Below are positions 1 through 12,896 of a stretch of 64,000 nt of DNA, in pieces. Every line of letters starts with the position of its first letter. The first letter of the stretch is position 1. The translations under genes were made by a program, and so were the position numbers. The stretch spans positions 62,001 through 126,000 of the forward strand of contig NIVC01000856.1 in NCBI GenBank assembly GCA_002269645.1, in the 5' to 3' direction. This stretch comes from Macrostomum lignano. Lineage: Eukaryota. The notes beneath the pieces were generated by a model. That model was not told the DNA's origin. It worked only from the letters and a program-made list of their open reading frames with translations, and searched no databases.

Positions 1-512
1 GAGCAATCTGACTTCCTGGATATTGAGCAATCTGACCTCCTGGAAATTGAGCAATCTGACCTCCTGGATATTGAGCAATCTGACCTGGATATTGAGCAAT
101 CTGACCTCCTGGATATTGAGCAATCTGACCTCCTGGATATTGAGCAATCTGACCTCCTGGATATTGAGCAATCTGACCTCCTGGATATTGAGCAATCTGA
201 CCTCCTGGATATTGAGCAATCTGACCTCCTGGAAATTGAGCAATCTGACCTCCTGGATATTGAGCAATCTGACCTCCTGGATATTGAGCAATCTGACCTC
301 CTGGATATTGAGCAATCTGACCTCCTGGATATTGAGCAATCTGACCTCCTGGAAATTGAGCAATCTGACCTCCTGGATATTGAGCAATCTGACCTCCTGG
401 ATATTGAGCAATCTGACCTCCTGGATATTGAGCAATCTGACCTCCTGGATATTGAGCAATCTGACCTCCTGGATATTGAGCAATCTGACCTGAATATTGA
501 GCAATCTGACCT
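1..512. repeat. 24-bp minisatellite (GAGCAATCTGACCTCCTGGATATT)n, probably inside a CYP intron
   Basis: About 21 near-identical units seen directly; the array runs off the window start. Confidence 0.95.
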
Positions 513-733
513 CCTGGGCATGCAGAACTTAAAGCACCTTAGTTACCGCTAAACTACTCTTAACTACCTGCTTATTCTCAGCTGCACTTTTTATACAGTT
601 TAAAGTATTTGAAACTTCGTACACTTAAGCTTTGATTGTGATTGCATCGAAAATAATTGATTAAAAAAACTAAGTGTCTATAAGACAATTAGGAGGGGTG
701 GAGTGCGCGACGAAGGAAAGAGAGGCTATATTG

Positions 734-955
734 AACAGCCAATCAGAAGGCAGCGAGGGAGAGAGAAAAAAATAGCAAGACTGGCCATCTAGACAGAGAG
801 GGAGGCGAAAGAAAGAGGCGAAATCGAAGAGCCAATCAGAAGACAGCGAGGGAGAGAGAAAAAATAGCAAGATAGGCCATCTAAACAGAGAGGGACGCGA
901 AAGAAAGAGGCGAAATCGAAGAGCCAATCAGAAGGCAGCGAGGGAAAGAGATCGA
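734..955. repeat. About 3 imperfect copies of a ~90-bp purine-rich unit (AGCCAATCAGAAGGCAGCGAGGGAGAGAG...)
   Basis: AGCCAATCAGAAG recurs at about 738, 830 and 922 with similar downstream sequence. Confidence 0.6.
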
Positions 956-1122
956 GAAAAAGTAACACGACTGATCTAGACAGAAATTAAGGAAGAGAAA
1001 ACAGACTAAACAGCTACAAGTGAAGAAGAACTAAAAATGACTACGCTCGTAAGACAGTCGCGACAAGACCTGCTTAGCTATAGACGTGCATAGTAATGTC
1101 ATATACATCGGATTTAACTAAC

Positions 1123-2211
1123 CTGCAGGCACTCATACGTGATTGAGCCTCTATTCTGAGCCTTAGCTTCGGCCACCTCTTTGTAAGCCCGGTCTTGGCA
1201 GTCCGTGTTCCAGGCTAGAAAGAAGGCCATGAACTGCAGCGCACTGGATGTGGTCTCAAAACCGGCCAAAAACAGTGTTAGCGACTGAGCCAGCACCTCG
1301 TGCTCCGACAGACCCTTGGCGCCCTGCTGTTCCGCCTCGCGTCTAGCTGTCACCATGGCAGCGAGGAAGTCTCTGTACTCGTCACAGTTGACTGAGGCCT
1401 CGCGTTCAACCAGGGCGCGGCTGATCACGTCCTGAAAGAAGTTCAGATTTGCTTGCTTGAACAGGCTGATGCCGAAGCGCTTGAAAAGCGGCACGCTAAT
1501 GCCTGGCAGCAGAAACAGCAGCCAGATCTTCCAGTTGCGGAAGTCAAAGTTGAATATTTCGCTCCCGTTCCGGTTGAACTCGTTCTCGGGATTCTCCTGG
1601 GTGTTGATCTGTAAGCCGAACAGTGTGCAGGCCACCGCGTCCATTGTGAAGTTTGTAAAGTAGGCTTTCACATCCACAACGCTGCCCTCTGCTTTCAGCA
1701 GGCTGTCGCAGAGCTGCCGGGCGCTCTGCTCAACCAGCGGGAACATGACCTTCATCTTGCCGGAACTGAACGCTGGAGTCATCAGACTTCTAACCCGCTT
1801 CCATTCCTGACCCTTGAGAGTGAGTATACCCTTGTCCATTGGATAGGTCTCGTTGCCCAATGTGCCCCTGTCTGTGAAGTTCTCCGACCGCTTGATGCAG
1901 ATCTGCTTCAGCATGTCCGGATCGGCCACCACCAGCACTGGCCGGCGCATAAAGTAGGTGCCGTAGACCCGGCCGAACTCCTGCAGATCGGCCAACATCA
2001 TCTGGCGGAAGCCGCCAAACTTCACAAACCGGAGCATGTCGCCAAGAATCGGCACCATGGTCGGGCCTTTCACACCGCGCTTCTTCCAGTACCTGTAGGG
2101 CCACGAGCCGTAGATGTACACAACGGCTGCGCCAAGAGCAGCACACACCATCCACCTGGGCACATGCAGTGGCAGTGCTGAAGTCGAAATTCGGCTCAAT
2201 ATAATTTGCAT
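1123..2211 (-). CDS. Cytochrome P450, clan 3 (CYP3A/CYP30-like); 5' coding exon only, remaining exons lie beyond the window start
   Basis: N-terminal membrane anchor, GP..P.LG cluster, C-helix WKRVRSLMTPAFSSGKMK and I-helix AGFETTS. GT donor (CAG|GTTAGT) at 1122. K-helix ExxR and the heme Cys motif are not in this exon. An alternative upstream ATG is at 2262. Confidence 0.9.
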
Positions 2212-2745
2212 CGCTTGTTTTTTGAATCGATAGAAACTTGCACTGGACTTTGTAGTAAGCATGAAAAGTGTCTCTCTTGAACTCCTTGTAGTTTTGTCTT
2301 AAGGCAAAGGGTCCATGCAGGAAACAATGTACATATGTTGATACAAAGCTATAGAATCTCGGTACCCCACTCCGTTCCCGGCTTGCACACAGGAATGAGA
2401 GAGGCTGTACAGGTTGTTATCTGGAGAGCGTACTAAAACGTACGTCAACAGAAGGCCTGGGCATGCAGACCAGTTCGTGCTTTTGATAAAAGTCGGTACA
2501 AAGTCTACCCTGACGGTGCAGAACTAAAGAAAAACAACTGGAAAGCAAGTCAGGCTAATTCAAACTGAACTGTAGCTGTTAAGGTGCATCAAAGTTTATA
2601 TGATTTCGAATAAAAGTATCTAAATTAGTGTCATTTTAATTTCAATTAGTCACACTGAAACATCTGCTATTTAGTGTTTTTTCAGTCAACATTCATTAGT
2701 CATTTGTCCTTTTTATCCTTTATGAAACTAAATCTTTGTAGAGGT

Positions 2746-3285
2746 ATTGATAGGTGAATAGGTAGATAGGTAGATAGGTAGATATGTTGATAGGTAGATA
2801 TGTTGATAGGTAGATATGTTGATAGGTAGATATGTTGATAGATAAATAGGCTGATAGGTTGATAGGTTGATAGGTAGATAGGTAGATATGTTGATAGGTA
2901 GATAGGTAGATAGGTAGATAGGCTGATAGGTTGATAGGTTGACAGGTTGATAGGTAGATAGGTTGATAGGTTGATAGGTTGATAGGTTGATAGGTAGATA
3001 GGTAGATATGTTGATAGGTTGATAGGTAGATATGTTGATAGGTAGATATGTTGATAGGTAGATATGTTGATAGATAAATAGGCTGATAGGTTGATAGGTT
3101 GATAGGTAGATAGGTAGATATGTTGATAGGTAGATAGGTAGATAGGTAGATAGGCTGATAGGTTGATAGGTTGACAGGTTGATAGGTAGATAGGTTGATA
3201 GGTTGATAGGTTGATAGGTAGGTAGGTAGGTAGGTAGGTAGATAGATAGGTAGGTAGATAGGTAGGTAGGTAGATGGGTAAGGTA
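2746..3285. repeat. GATA/GGTA/GGTT compound microsatellite
   Basis: Seen directly; explains the low-complexity ORFs at 2700-3319. Confidence 0.95.
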
Positions 3286-4980
3286 AGCACATCTGGATGC
3301 CAAACAGGTCATCAATCACTCATTATTGCTTTATACTTCTAGCTCGTACTCTCTTAATGAGGAGTTTTTTTTTCTTTATATTTTCTGCTTGTTTTCAGCT
3401 ACTGCAAGTACTAAACGGTGCATAAATACTCGTAAATTTGCATGGAATTACATAAATGTGAAGTCATGGACAGCTGGAGTAGGAGGCGAATCCAGTTTAT
3501 CTGGCCGAAGTCCTGATCTTCAAATTAATGTAACCCTGACTGAATTTTTTCTTACAAGTACAACTTCACAGGCTCGAAATTTCAAATCATTGAAAAATTT
3601 AAATGTGAGTCCCTTTACTCGCTCGAAAAGTCTATCTTGTATGCTAAGCTCATGAGACCCCAGCTGATGCTAGCGATGCTAGCATATCCAATGTGAACTA
3701 GCCGATGTGAACAGAGTTGGTCAAATTTCACATCTGATAAGCAAAATGCCACCAATTTTCCTCACATAAAACTAATATCCCAGACTTGAACCATAAGGTG
3801 CAACCTGAGCAAGAGGTGAAGCAGCATTTAATTTGCAGTAGAAACTGCCCCATTTTCCACTCTCATTTTTTGGTACGACGTTTGCCAGTCAGAGGTATAG
3901 TTTGTACCTTGCCCGTTCACAGTCTTGGTCACTTCCTCGCACTGAACTCAATAGTTGCAACTTTGTTGAGTAGGAAAGGAGTAAGATGCACGTACCAGTT
4001 ATACTGCTCCAGCTCACCCCACTTAAATTTCAACAAATTAGTCTGCACTAGCCACATAAATACAACATTTGTGCTTAATACAATTTGCCGTCCGAACTCC
4101 AGTCGGGTTTAATCGGTTCAGACGATAGCTTAAAAACTTTTTTGATAAGAAAACAGTGCGAATACCCGCGCACGCACCCACACACTGTCGTCCAACCCCA
4201 GAGGCACAGATTCATCTCAGTCTGTTCTTCACGCCATGCCTATTGTTGCTGAGCTCTTGCGAAGAAAATAGCTAACTAATACTCGGCATGCCTGCTCACG
4301 TTTTTTGTGAGACCTGCGCTAGTCTGAGGAGAGATGGGGCTGGGTTGATGCTGGGGTTGTATGGAAAACACCCCATCATCTGCTTATGTATAGGCAAGTA
4401 ACCTCAAGCTATGCTATGGTCCGAGCTTTGAGGCATCGCACGGTACGGGGCTCAGCTCGGAAGCATATTTTTCCAGGTTTTAGAATTTTCTGTCAAGAAC
4501 TTTAAAAACTTTTCGTCGAATTTTCTTGGAGTTTTTTCGAAAAGAAAGAAACAAAATGGAAAAGTCTATTTTATGATTATTTAGTACTAGATTTTATTTA
4601 GTATTTATAGAGAATTAGCATACTCAAAAATAGTAAAGCTATAAGTGTACGTGCAAATTAGTTGAATAACCAAAAATGACGCCTCACAACAGCCACCATT
4701 TACTTAATTGGCAAATTCTGACAATGCCCCCTTTGATATATATTTAATCACAATACTGAATTAATGGCTGCTGTTGAAATAGTTCGATAATTGTCTGAAT
4801 TCGAGTAAAAAATCTAGTAACTGAAGTTAATTTTTAAATGAAATGAGATTAAAGTAGGAATTTTCCTAGGGGTAAGTAAAAAGCGGAAGTGGAAAAGCCC
4901 GTGCGAAAAAGTTCTCCCAAATTCGAACTCAGTCAGCCCCCCTTCTCTAAGGTGTTGTTCGTCCGCAAATTCTGCCGCAT

Positions 4981-5567
4981 TTAGGTCTGGGGCGTCTTGA
5001 ACACGATGAAGACCTGCTTGCCGATCTTGAAGATGTAGGAGAAGCCCGGCTGGAAGCCGAAGTAGCAGGAGAACTGGCCGTAGGCCACCATCACGTGCCA
5101 CAGGTTTCCGTACGCTCTGTCGAGGGCGATCTTGATTTGCTTGGACAGGTCCTGAAATTTTGCAGCGGATCGACGCGTTGCAATGGTTGGGTTCTGAGGT
5201 GTGTCTGCATGGGGACCTAAACTGCTTGCAAACTTACGCTCAGCTTGAGATTCGGCATAGCCAGCACATCCTTGGTGACCTTGACAACCTTCTCCTGCCA
5301 ATCCATGGGCATGTCGCCGCTCACGTATTTCACGTCGTTCAACAACGATTTGGCGCTCTGCAGCTCTTCCGGCCGGATGTCAAGCACGTCGCAGTAGGTC
5401 TCCAAGGTGATCTCTCCAGCGTCATCGGCGTCGAACACTTGGCGCCACTTGTCGATGAAGACGTCATCGTGGCCCTTGGTCTGCAGATAGCGCACGAACT
5501 CGCTGGTCTCGATTTTGCCGCGCTGCTCGGAGTCGATGTCAACCCAGGCTTCCTTGAATGCCTCCAT
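4981..5567 (-). CDS. TAL (tegument allergen-like) protein: EF-hand pair plus C-terminal dynein light chain-like domain, 166 aa, 2 exons
   Basis: Exons 5567-5238 and 5151-4981 are joined by an 86-bp phase-0 GTAAGT...TTTCAG intron. The N-terminus MEAFKEAWVDID...IDKWRQVFDADDAGEITLETYC resembles schistosome Sm22.6-type TALs. The C-terminus LDRAYGNLWHVMV...FKIGKQVFIVFKT is DLC-like. Confidence 0.88.
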
Positions 5568-7659
5568 TTTGAGCTCAAGAGCGAAGTGACAGAATCGGGT
5601 AGTGCAAGAGCGGTGAGGTGTCTTCTTGGGCAGTGCCCGGGGGCATTTTTATCTTGATGAAGCTAAGAGCCGCTGGATCCAGCTGGATTGGCTGGGGGAT
5701 TGTCAATTTCTGTTCTCGTGCGAGCGCGACAGCGCATCTCTATCTCGGCCGCAACTGTTGCCGCCGATCGGGTGCCTGCATAATAAAACGCTGCTGGGTA
5801 GAGAAATGCGAGCAAAAAATCGCATGAAAGAAGCAATAGAAATAAAATATGACAAAAGATTTGGGCGAGCCTTTCGCTGCATGACTGACCTAATCTTATC
5901 CGACAAAAGCGCGGCGGAGGCTGGACAGCTGCATTATTCAACGGAGAATTCCATCTCGGGCCAGCCCCATTGCGGGGGGTATTGTGTTCGGCACAATGGT
6001 AGAGGCCGCTCCTCGAGCCAAGCCGACTGGTCTGCGCGCCCGTCAGTATGGAAAAGGTGCATCTGCTCGGGTCGAGTGGAGAGGGGAGAGGCGCAGATGC
6101 GGCTAGATAGTCTAGATAAGTCTGGCCCATTCTGGTTGCAAGTTCGCACGCGGTTGCTTTCTTTTGCCGAAGGGAGTGGCCCGAGGCAAGCCGCGCCCTG
6201 GAAACACCGCGGCTGGATGCGGGCGCCTGCTTTGGAGTAAATTTAAGATTTCTGTCCAACAATATGAAGCACGCCCTTTGAATCGTTTTGCATTTAAACT
6301 GAAAAAATGTGTATTTAAAAGTAAATAGTTGAGATTGAAAGCTTAGTGACCGATCGGACTGTTGTAGAGTATGAACAAGTGGGCTTAGGTCACTTGGACG
6401 TACGCGTACGGTATTACGAATTAAGATTATTTGGATCAAAGTTTTTGGAGAAATCGCTTGAGCTTAAAAATCTGCGTTCAGCCCCCATAGGCTGCTGGGT
6501 CACTGGTACGGATCAGGCTTGGATTTCTCTTGCGAGGTCAACTGTTTTATTGCTTCATCACTGATCATTTTATCAGTTAATTGACTCTATAGCGTCCCAG
6601 GCAAGCTTAAATAGCACCATAGCATTATCGCCACAGTGGATATTCCAGTGCTATTTAGTGCCTCAGGCGGGATTTAAGAACCATATTTGTTTGTATGCAG
6701 GTGAGATTTGAAGACCCCCTGTGGGCGGATCCAGAAATTAAGGGGGCACAAACCCCTATTAAGACGACGGCACAAACCCCTATACATGTACATGTACAAT
6801 GTACTCTGCTAAAACTAAAATGTCACTGGCAGTCAAATGACGGTATTCCTCATCTCAATATCTTGTACCGTTCTTTTCCCAGTTTCAAGTTGAAAAACGC
6901 AGCTTTTTCTCCACTCTGGTACACTGTGTCACCTCTTGGATGGTTCTGTGCTCTCGCATAGACAGAAAAATACAGACCTCGCTTCGCTCTCGGGCCGCTC
7001 GCCCAGCACATAGCTACAGCCTATATGAAGCCGAACTTCATGCAAGGTCCCTCGCGAATATGCGCGCTTATTTTGCAAAGACTGCATAGTTTTTAACAAT
7101 GTTGTCAACCATTTTTATCTCACCGTCAGTCATTCATGGTAGGCTATTATGGTACCCTTGTTTTGTGTAGCGCCTCTGCCTACCCCCATGCTCGCTGCCG
7201 GTTTGGGCTGTACAATTGCAAGCAAAGCAAGGCATTCGCTGATGCTTCGGATGCGTGCACTGGCGCTGCTATTATAGTAGCAATGTCGCTGCATTAGAGT
7301 CGCTTGGCAGGTGAGATGAGTCTGAATAGTAGTATGCATGGGGCATCCTAATGTACACTTGTACCTTTCTATATACATTGATGCGATCAGGGACAACTAA
7401 AACACTGCACACTGCATGTTGTCGGCCTAACTACAGCAGAAAAAGTCAGTGTTCTGTAATTTTTTAAAGTATCTGAGATGACGGTCTTGCTACCGATCTT
7501 GCATCGACAGTCGGAAGTGGTATGGCTAAATACATATGTTACATGCATGTGTGTACACATGTAGGGTCCCGTACGCAAGTAATATACAAATGTAGACAAT
7601 ATCAATTTGCCGGGTGCCGGCGACACCCCGGAGAAACGCAGGAAATGAATTGCGCGACA

Positions 7660-9703
7660 ATTCTTCGCCGGCATCGTGAACGCGCCCGCGTCGCCGCTGC
7701 CCGCCAGCTTTGCGCTCCCACTGGACACGCCGCTCCCAGCTGAGGAGGACTTCTGCACCAGCCCAGTCACCACGGAGGACGTTGTGCTGTTCGCTCGTAA
7801 AACATCAGGCGGCAAGGCACTCGGCCCCGACGAAGTTCCGGTCGAAGCGCTGCGGCTGCGCGGTGTGGCCTCCCAGGTCACAGGCGTCATGAACCGCGTG
7901 CTCGCCGGTGCCCCCGTGCCCACCGAGTGGACCGTCGTGCACATTGTTCCCATCCCGAAGAAGGCAGGGACAACGCGGAAAGAAGACCACCACGGGATCT
8001 CACTGATGTCCTGCACTGCGAAGCTCTTCAACCGGCTGCTGCTCGATCGTCTGCAGTCGGTGCTGGACCCGTACCTGCGGTACGAGCAGAACGGATTCCG
8101 GCCGCAACGCGGTACAGTGACACAGATCCTCGCACTCCGCCGTGTCATCGAGGAGGCGCGCATCCGCCAGTCTACGCTGATCATTGTCTTCGTTGACTTG
8201 CGAAAGGCGTTTGACTCGGTGTTGAGAGCCGCGCTTCCATTTGTTCTTCGAGCCTACCGGGTGCCCCAGCAGCTAATCGACGCTGTCATGGCGCTGTATT
8301 GCAACACTCGAGCTGCTGTGGTGACGGCGGACGGCCTGTCTGACCTGTTCGACACTTCATCAGGAGTTTTTCAGGGCGATACGCTGGCGCCGTTCCTCTT
8401 CGTGCTGCTGCTGGACTGGGTGCTTCGGACCGCACTCCCCTCGGCTGACGACGGCTTCCTGCTGCGCAGACGCATCGGTCGCCGCCACGGCGAAAAGCGC
8501 CTAAGCGTGCTTGCCCAAGGCGACCGAAATTGCGATAATTGGGACTTGATTGCAAGTGGCGTGCAGATCTTGCGCATGTATTGACAATTGCTTGCAAGTG
8601 AATTGCAATTTTTGTAATTGGCTTACAATTGAATTGCAATTATCGAATATTATTTTGAAAAGTTACTTTAACAAGATATTAGAATGATTTTAGCACAGTC
8701 ATGATTTTTTTACAATATAATGTGCATCTAAACAACACATTTATTTATAAAGAAGGCCGAATAAGTGAGTTAAAATTTTCTAAGTAAATTTACATTAAAT
8801 TTATAATTATAAAGCTTGCAATTAGCTTGCGCAAGTGACTTGCAATATTCACAATAGGCAGTAAGTGGCTTGTAATTAAGTCAATAATTGCAAGCAGATT
8901 GCAATCAGTCGCAATTCCTGCGCAATACGGGCATCTGGGGTGGCTACGCTGACGACCTCGCCCCCCTGTCCTCGTCCGTTGAAGGCGCCCAGCGCCAGAT
9001 CGACAGGCTGGTCGAGGTGGCATCGAGCGTCGGTCTGGTTGTCACAACGCTGAAGACCGAGGTGCTGACTGTGCCGGCCGACATCCCAGCGGACCTGACT
9101 TGCCGCGGCGCAGACGGGTAGACGACCAGGCTCGCACGCTGCCAGCAGTTCACCTACCTCGGAGGTTTGGTGCCTCACGTGGAGGAAGATCTGCTCCGGC
9201 GGCGCAGAGGACTTGTTCGGGAGGCCTTCCGTTCGATCTGGGCCGTTGTACAGTCCGAAGCGCTGCCCGGACCGCCAGAGGGCTCGGCTGTGGCAGGCGT
9301 TGGTCGAAACCCTTACTGCTCTACAACGCTGAGACATGGACGCTAACAGCTACGCTAGAGCGGCAGCTGGACTCGGCGCACTCAGGGCTCCTCCATGCGG
9401 CCTTTCGAGCTGACGAGAGCGTCGGGACCGAGGCCCTGTACATGTACGATCGGGCCAAGCTGCAGCGCCCGTCCATCATCCTGCGCCGACGGCGACTTCA
9501 ACTGGCGGGCCACGCGATCCGGGCCGAGGGCTACTGCCTCCAACCTGTTCAATACGTCCTGCTCACCTTGCAAGGGCCCGTTCAGGCGGGGTCAGACCCA
9601 TCGATACATGTACGTGGACTGTCTCCTACGCGACGCCGGGGCGCCCGACACTGCCAACGGGGCGGACTTCGTCCGCTCTCAGGCTCTGCGGCGCGCCATC
9701 TGA
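7660..9703 (+). mobile_element. 5'-truncated, disrupted non-LTR retrotransposon (RTE-like) reverse transcriptase
   Basis: RT motifs PIPKK, EQNGFR, FVDLRKAFDSV, QGDTLAPFLF, GYADD and later LLYNAETWTL and RRLQLAGH. Interrupted by an insertion at 8514-8940, a stop near 9121 and frameshifts. Confidence 0.9.
8514..8940. mobile_element. Non-autonomous DNA transposon (CACTA/CMC-like MITE) nested in the LINE
   Basis: Removing 8514-8940 plus one TG copy restores GTG CTT GGC TAC GCT GAC GAC (VLGYADD). Ends are CCCAAG...CTGGGG with TG flanks (8512-8513 and 8941-8942). Many subterminal TTGCAA/GCAATT motifs. Confidence 0.75.
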
Positions 9704-9933
9704 CGCACCCTGCTCTAACTGTGACCTGCACGCGGGGCTGCGTAATTTGTTGCCAACTGTGAATTGAAAGAATTTAGAAAAAATCTGGATTAGATTACTT
9801 ATATGAAAGTTATATATAAGAGTCTAACACAAACGATCGTGTATACTAACGAAGCAGTCGAAAAAATTATAATGGACAACTTTGATGTACAAACTACATG
9901 TACATGTACATGTATGCATGACGTGCACTTAAG

Positions 9934-10273
9934 CAGGGGCGTCGCCATGGCTACTATGGTGTGGGGACAAAGCCAAGAATTCAACATGTACATGTACATG
10001 CATTGCACATGAATAATTAAATTCCTACTACATTTCTATTATCTTGTGAATCGTTTTGTCAGCGCTCATTTTGTCGCCGCAGGTACTCATTTTAGCGCCG
10101 CAGGCACTTATTTTGGCGCCGAACGTGCTACATTTTGGCGCCCTGAAGAAAAATTATTGATTACCACTACGGGTTACACAAGATGGGGTGCAAAGCATTG
10201 GCATGTCTCCCCGGCCCATAGCTTTTACTGGGGGGGGCATGTCCTTCCTGTCCCCCCCCTTGCGAAGCGCCTG
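9934..10273. mobile_element. hAT-type MITE
   Basis: Imperfect TIRs CAGGGGCGTCGC and GCGAAGCGCCTG; 8-bp flanks CACTTAAG and CACTCAAG match 7/8. Confidence 0.65.
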
Positions 10274-11433
10274 CACTCAAGCGTACATACGACCGCGCAT
10301 GTACCTATACAATTGAAGCCACTGCAGGTGTAAAAAGTTTCAGTACGGAATTTCCTGTTCGATTTTCTAGCCATATTCATCTAATAAAGTCTTTTCTTTA
10401 TAATAAAGAAGACAACAGCATAAACATGTGGTTTTCTGGGTTTTATTATCATGATTTTTAAATACCTTACTTTCTTAGAACTACATCATTATAATAAAGT
10501 AAGCAGATTATTTCAGTCATGTTAAGCATAATAGTCCTTGACTCAAAAAATTAAATACTAATATTAATACAATATATATATTGGATTATTCCCTTAATGA
10601 AGTTCAAAACACAGCCGGCATTTAAAGTGAATTTTTTTATTTTTAAATGCTTTATATGTGTTCAATTTTCATTCATGAGCGCGTTTATAAAATTCTTTAT
10701 AGCATACGAGTGTCGATTTATTATCAGTCACGAACGACAAAATGAATGCAATTTACAACCAAAATAAAATAAAAATATCTAGACATTTGCTAGGCCTAGC
10801 CTTAGACCAATTATGTGCAGTTGCCATTAAATTCATAAAAATTATACCAGGCCTATTCCCTAGCCTAGGCCTAATCCAGTGCCTAGGCCTAGCCTAGCCT
10901 ACCTAGCCTATAATCATATTGATTGCCAATTTGCCAGTATTAGTCTATGTATAAGTATAAGATATTATATAATATTGTTTTTCTTTTATATTGGTAATTT
11001 TTAGTTGACATCTCTCAAAAATATCACACTTGATATATCTTTCTTAGAAAAAAGAATATAATTTCACATTTGAATAGAATAATTAGTTATATTCATTTTA
11101 GTATATAATTATTTAGTCTAGACTAGACTTTAACCACCTTAGGGCCTACTAATACTATCAATAATAGTATAGCTATATAAAGGCCTACCCTATGGCCTAA
11201 GCTAGCTAAGTTTTATATTATTATCTTTATTGGACTAATAATAAACACTGGGTAGTAGGCCTAATCTAATTTAGAACTGTTATTAATACAAATTAGTTTA
11301 TTAATGAGAGGGGGAAAGAGAGGAGAAAAGAAAGAAGAGGAGAAAGAAATAAGGAGAAATAAGATCAAAACAGAGCAGAGAAAAAAGAATAAAAGAAAAA
11401 GAAAAAAAGTAAAGAAAAAATAAATGAGCAGAG

Positions 11434-12271
11434 CTGATTGATGGTGTGACCTTTGGGCAGGAACTCCATGTGCACAATGCCTCTGACATCAAAGAATGTG
11501 ATGAGCATGAGCTTGACCTTTGACCTCGATTGTCGCGCCTTCACTAGTCTTGGTGATCCTGGTCGCCGCCATTCACCACTCTGCCGCTTGGTCTCCGGGT
11601 CGTACTCAAAAATCCACGACTCATCACCAGTAATCACTCTATGCAATAAGCTTGGATCAGCTTCAATGCGTTCAAGGATGTCCTGGCACACCTGCAGTCG
11701 TCGTTCTTTCTGGTCCTCGCTCAGCAACTTCGGAACCATCTTGGCACAAATCTTGTGCATCCCCAGATCCTCAGTCAGAATCTTATGAATGCTGTCTTGA
11801 TTCAAGCTCAACTTGCTGCAATCAAGCAAACAGTCAGCCGATGGTCGCTACAAAGCAACATCGCCACTCGCTCCACATTTTCTTCCGTCCTGCTCATTGA
11901 AGGTCTTCCACTCCTGGCGTCGTCCTTGACCTCCTCCCGCCCCTCTTTGAATTGCTTGAGCCACTCAAAAACATGGGAGCGAGACATGGCTTTGGCCACA
12001 TACACTTGCTGCAGCAGTTCAAGCGCTTCCGAGGCTGATTTCCCCAATCGAACAAGGAACTTCAGATTGATTCGTTGCTTGGTACTCATGGCACAACGGT
12101 TGTTAGAGAACTTGCCAAACGTTAATCCTAGCACAAGTTCGCACGAAAATGTTGATTAGCTGAAATTGCAGGACAAAGCACCTGTTATATGCTGCTAAAG
12201 CCTACCACAAACCGCTAATTCATAGTGCACCCAGAAGCCAAGCTGTAGGCTCAGTCCTGGAACTTTTCTGA
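11434..12271 (-). mobile_element. Mariner (Tc1/mariner) transposase remnant, frameshifted and 3'-truncated
   Basis: HTH region MSTKQRINLKFLVRLGKS (ATG at 12089) and RSGRP. After a frameshift near 11815 come the linker CAKMVPKLL and the first catalytic Asp in ITGDESW; the ORF ends after EFLPKGHTINQ. TIR-like TCAGAAAAGTTCCAGGACTGAG at 12250-12271. Confidence 0.9.
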
Positions 12272-12896
12272 CATAAAAGGAAAAAGAAGAGAGAAAGTAA
12301 GATGATATTTAACATAAAAATTGAAAGTAAGGATAAGAAAAAAAGTTGAGTTGCTTATCATTCCATATAGCACCTTAGCCAACAAGATCAATGCTTGCTT
12401 CAAGTCAAAACTTAATTTAACACATTTATCTTTATCCTAAAAAGATTTAGTTGAATATGACTTGTTGATATATTGAAGAATGTATGCAAAAACATTTCCC
12501 AAGATAAGAATTCAGTGGTTTCGAAATCCATAGGTTTCAATAACTTGTTCTATTATATGCCTATGCCTATGCCTATGCCTAGTTTAAGACCCATTTACCA
12601 AATTTTGATAGACTTATAACTTTTATTTTGGTATACAAAGCCAAAGAAGTCTTGTTTATGGTACATCTGACATTTCTTATTTTGCAACCTAAAATTTGAA
12701 CCCCAGTGATATTTATCCTAGCCTTATGGTTTTAAAATGGCATAAAGACTTAGAAAGAAACTGGGTTGAAATAGCCAATACAGAATCTGATTTGGAGAGA
12801 TGCTATTGTTTGCCAGCTTTCTTACAATTAAGATTTTTAAATAAACACTTTACGTGCCCACTATAGAGTGAACTCAAAATCCTATGACACTGCAGC

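Noticed and set aside
23-493. Long repetitive ORFs (also 2700-3319, 14174-14857, 30831-31461, 38566-39781, 45221-46039, 49790-50709, 51379-52112, 52528-52992, 56352-56890)
   Set aside because: These are translations of mini- or microsatellites that happen to lack stops; several lie in introns of modelled genes.
3326-4112. ORFs 3326-3655 and 3786-4112 as a transposase remnant
   Set aside because: I found no recognisable motifs on either strand, and the minus frames have many stops.
5160-6439. Overlapping ORFs around and upstream of the TAL gene
   Set aside because: They are antisense or GC-rich shadow frames with no domain similarity.
8514-8940. The insert in the RT as a spliceosomal intron or introner
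   Set aside because: There are no GT/GC...AG boundaries that restore the frame, and the LINE is broken elsewhere anyway.
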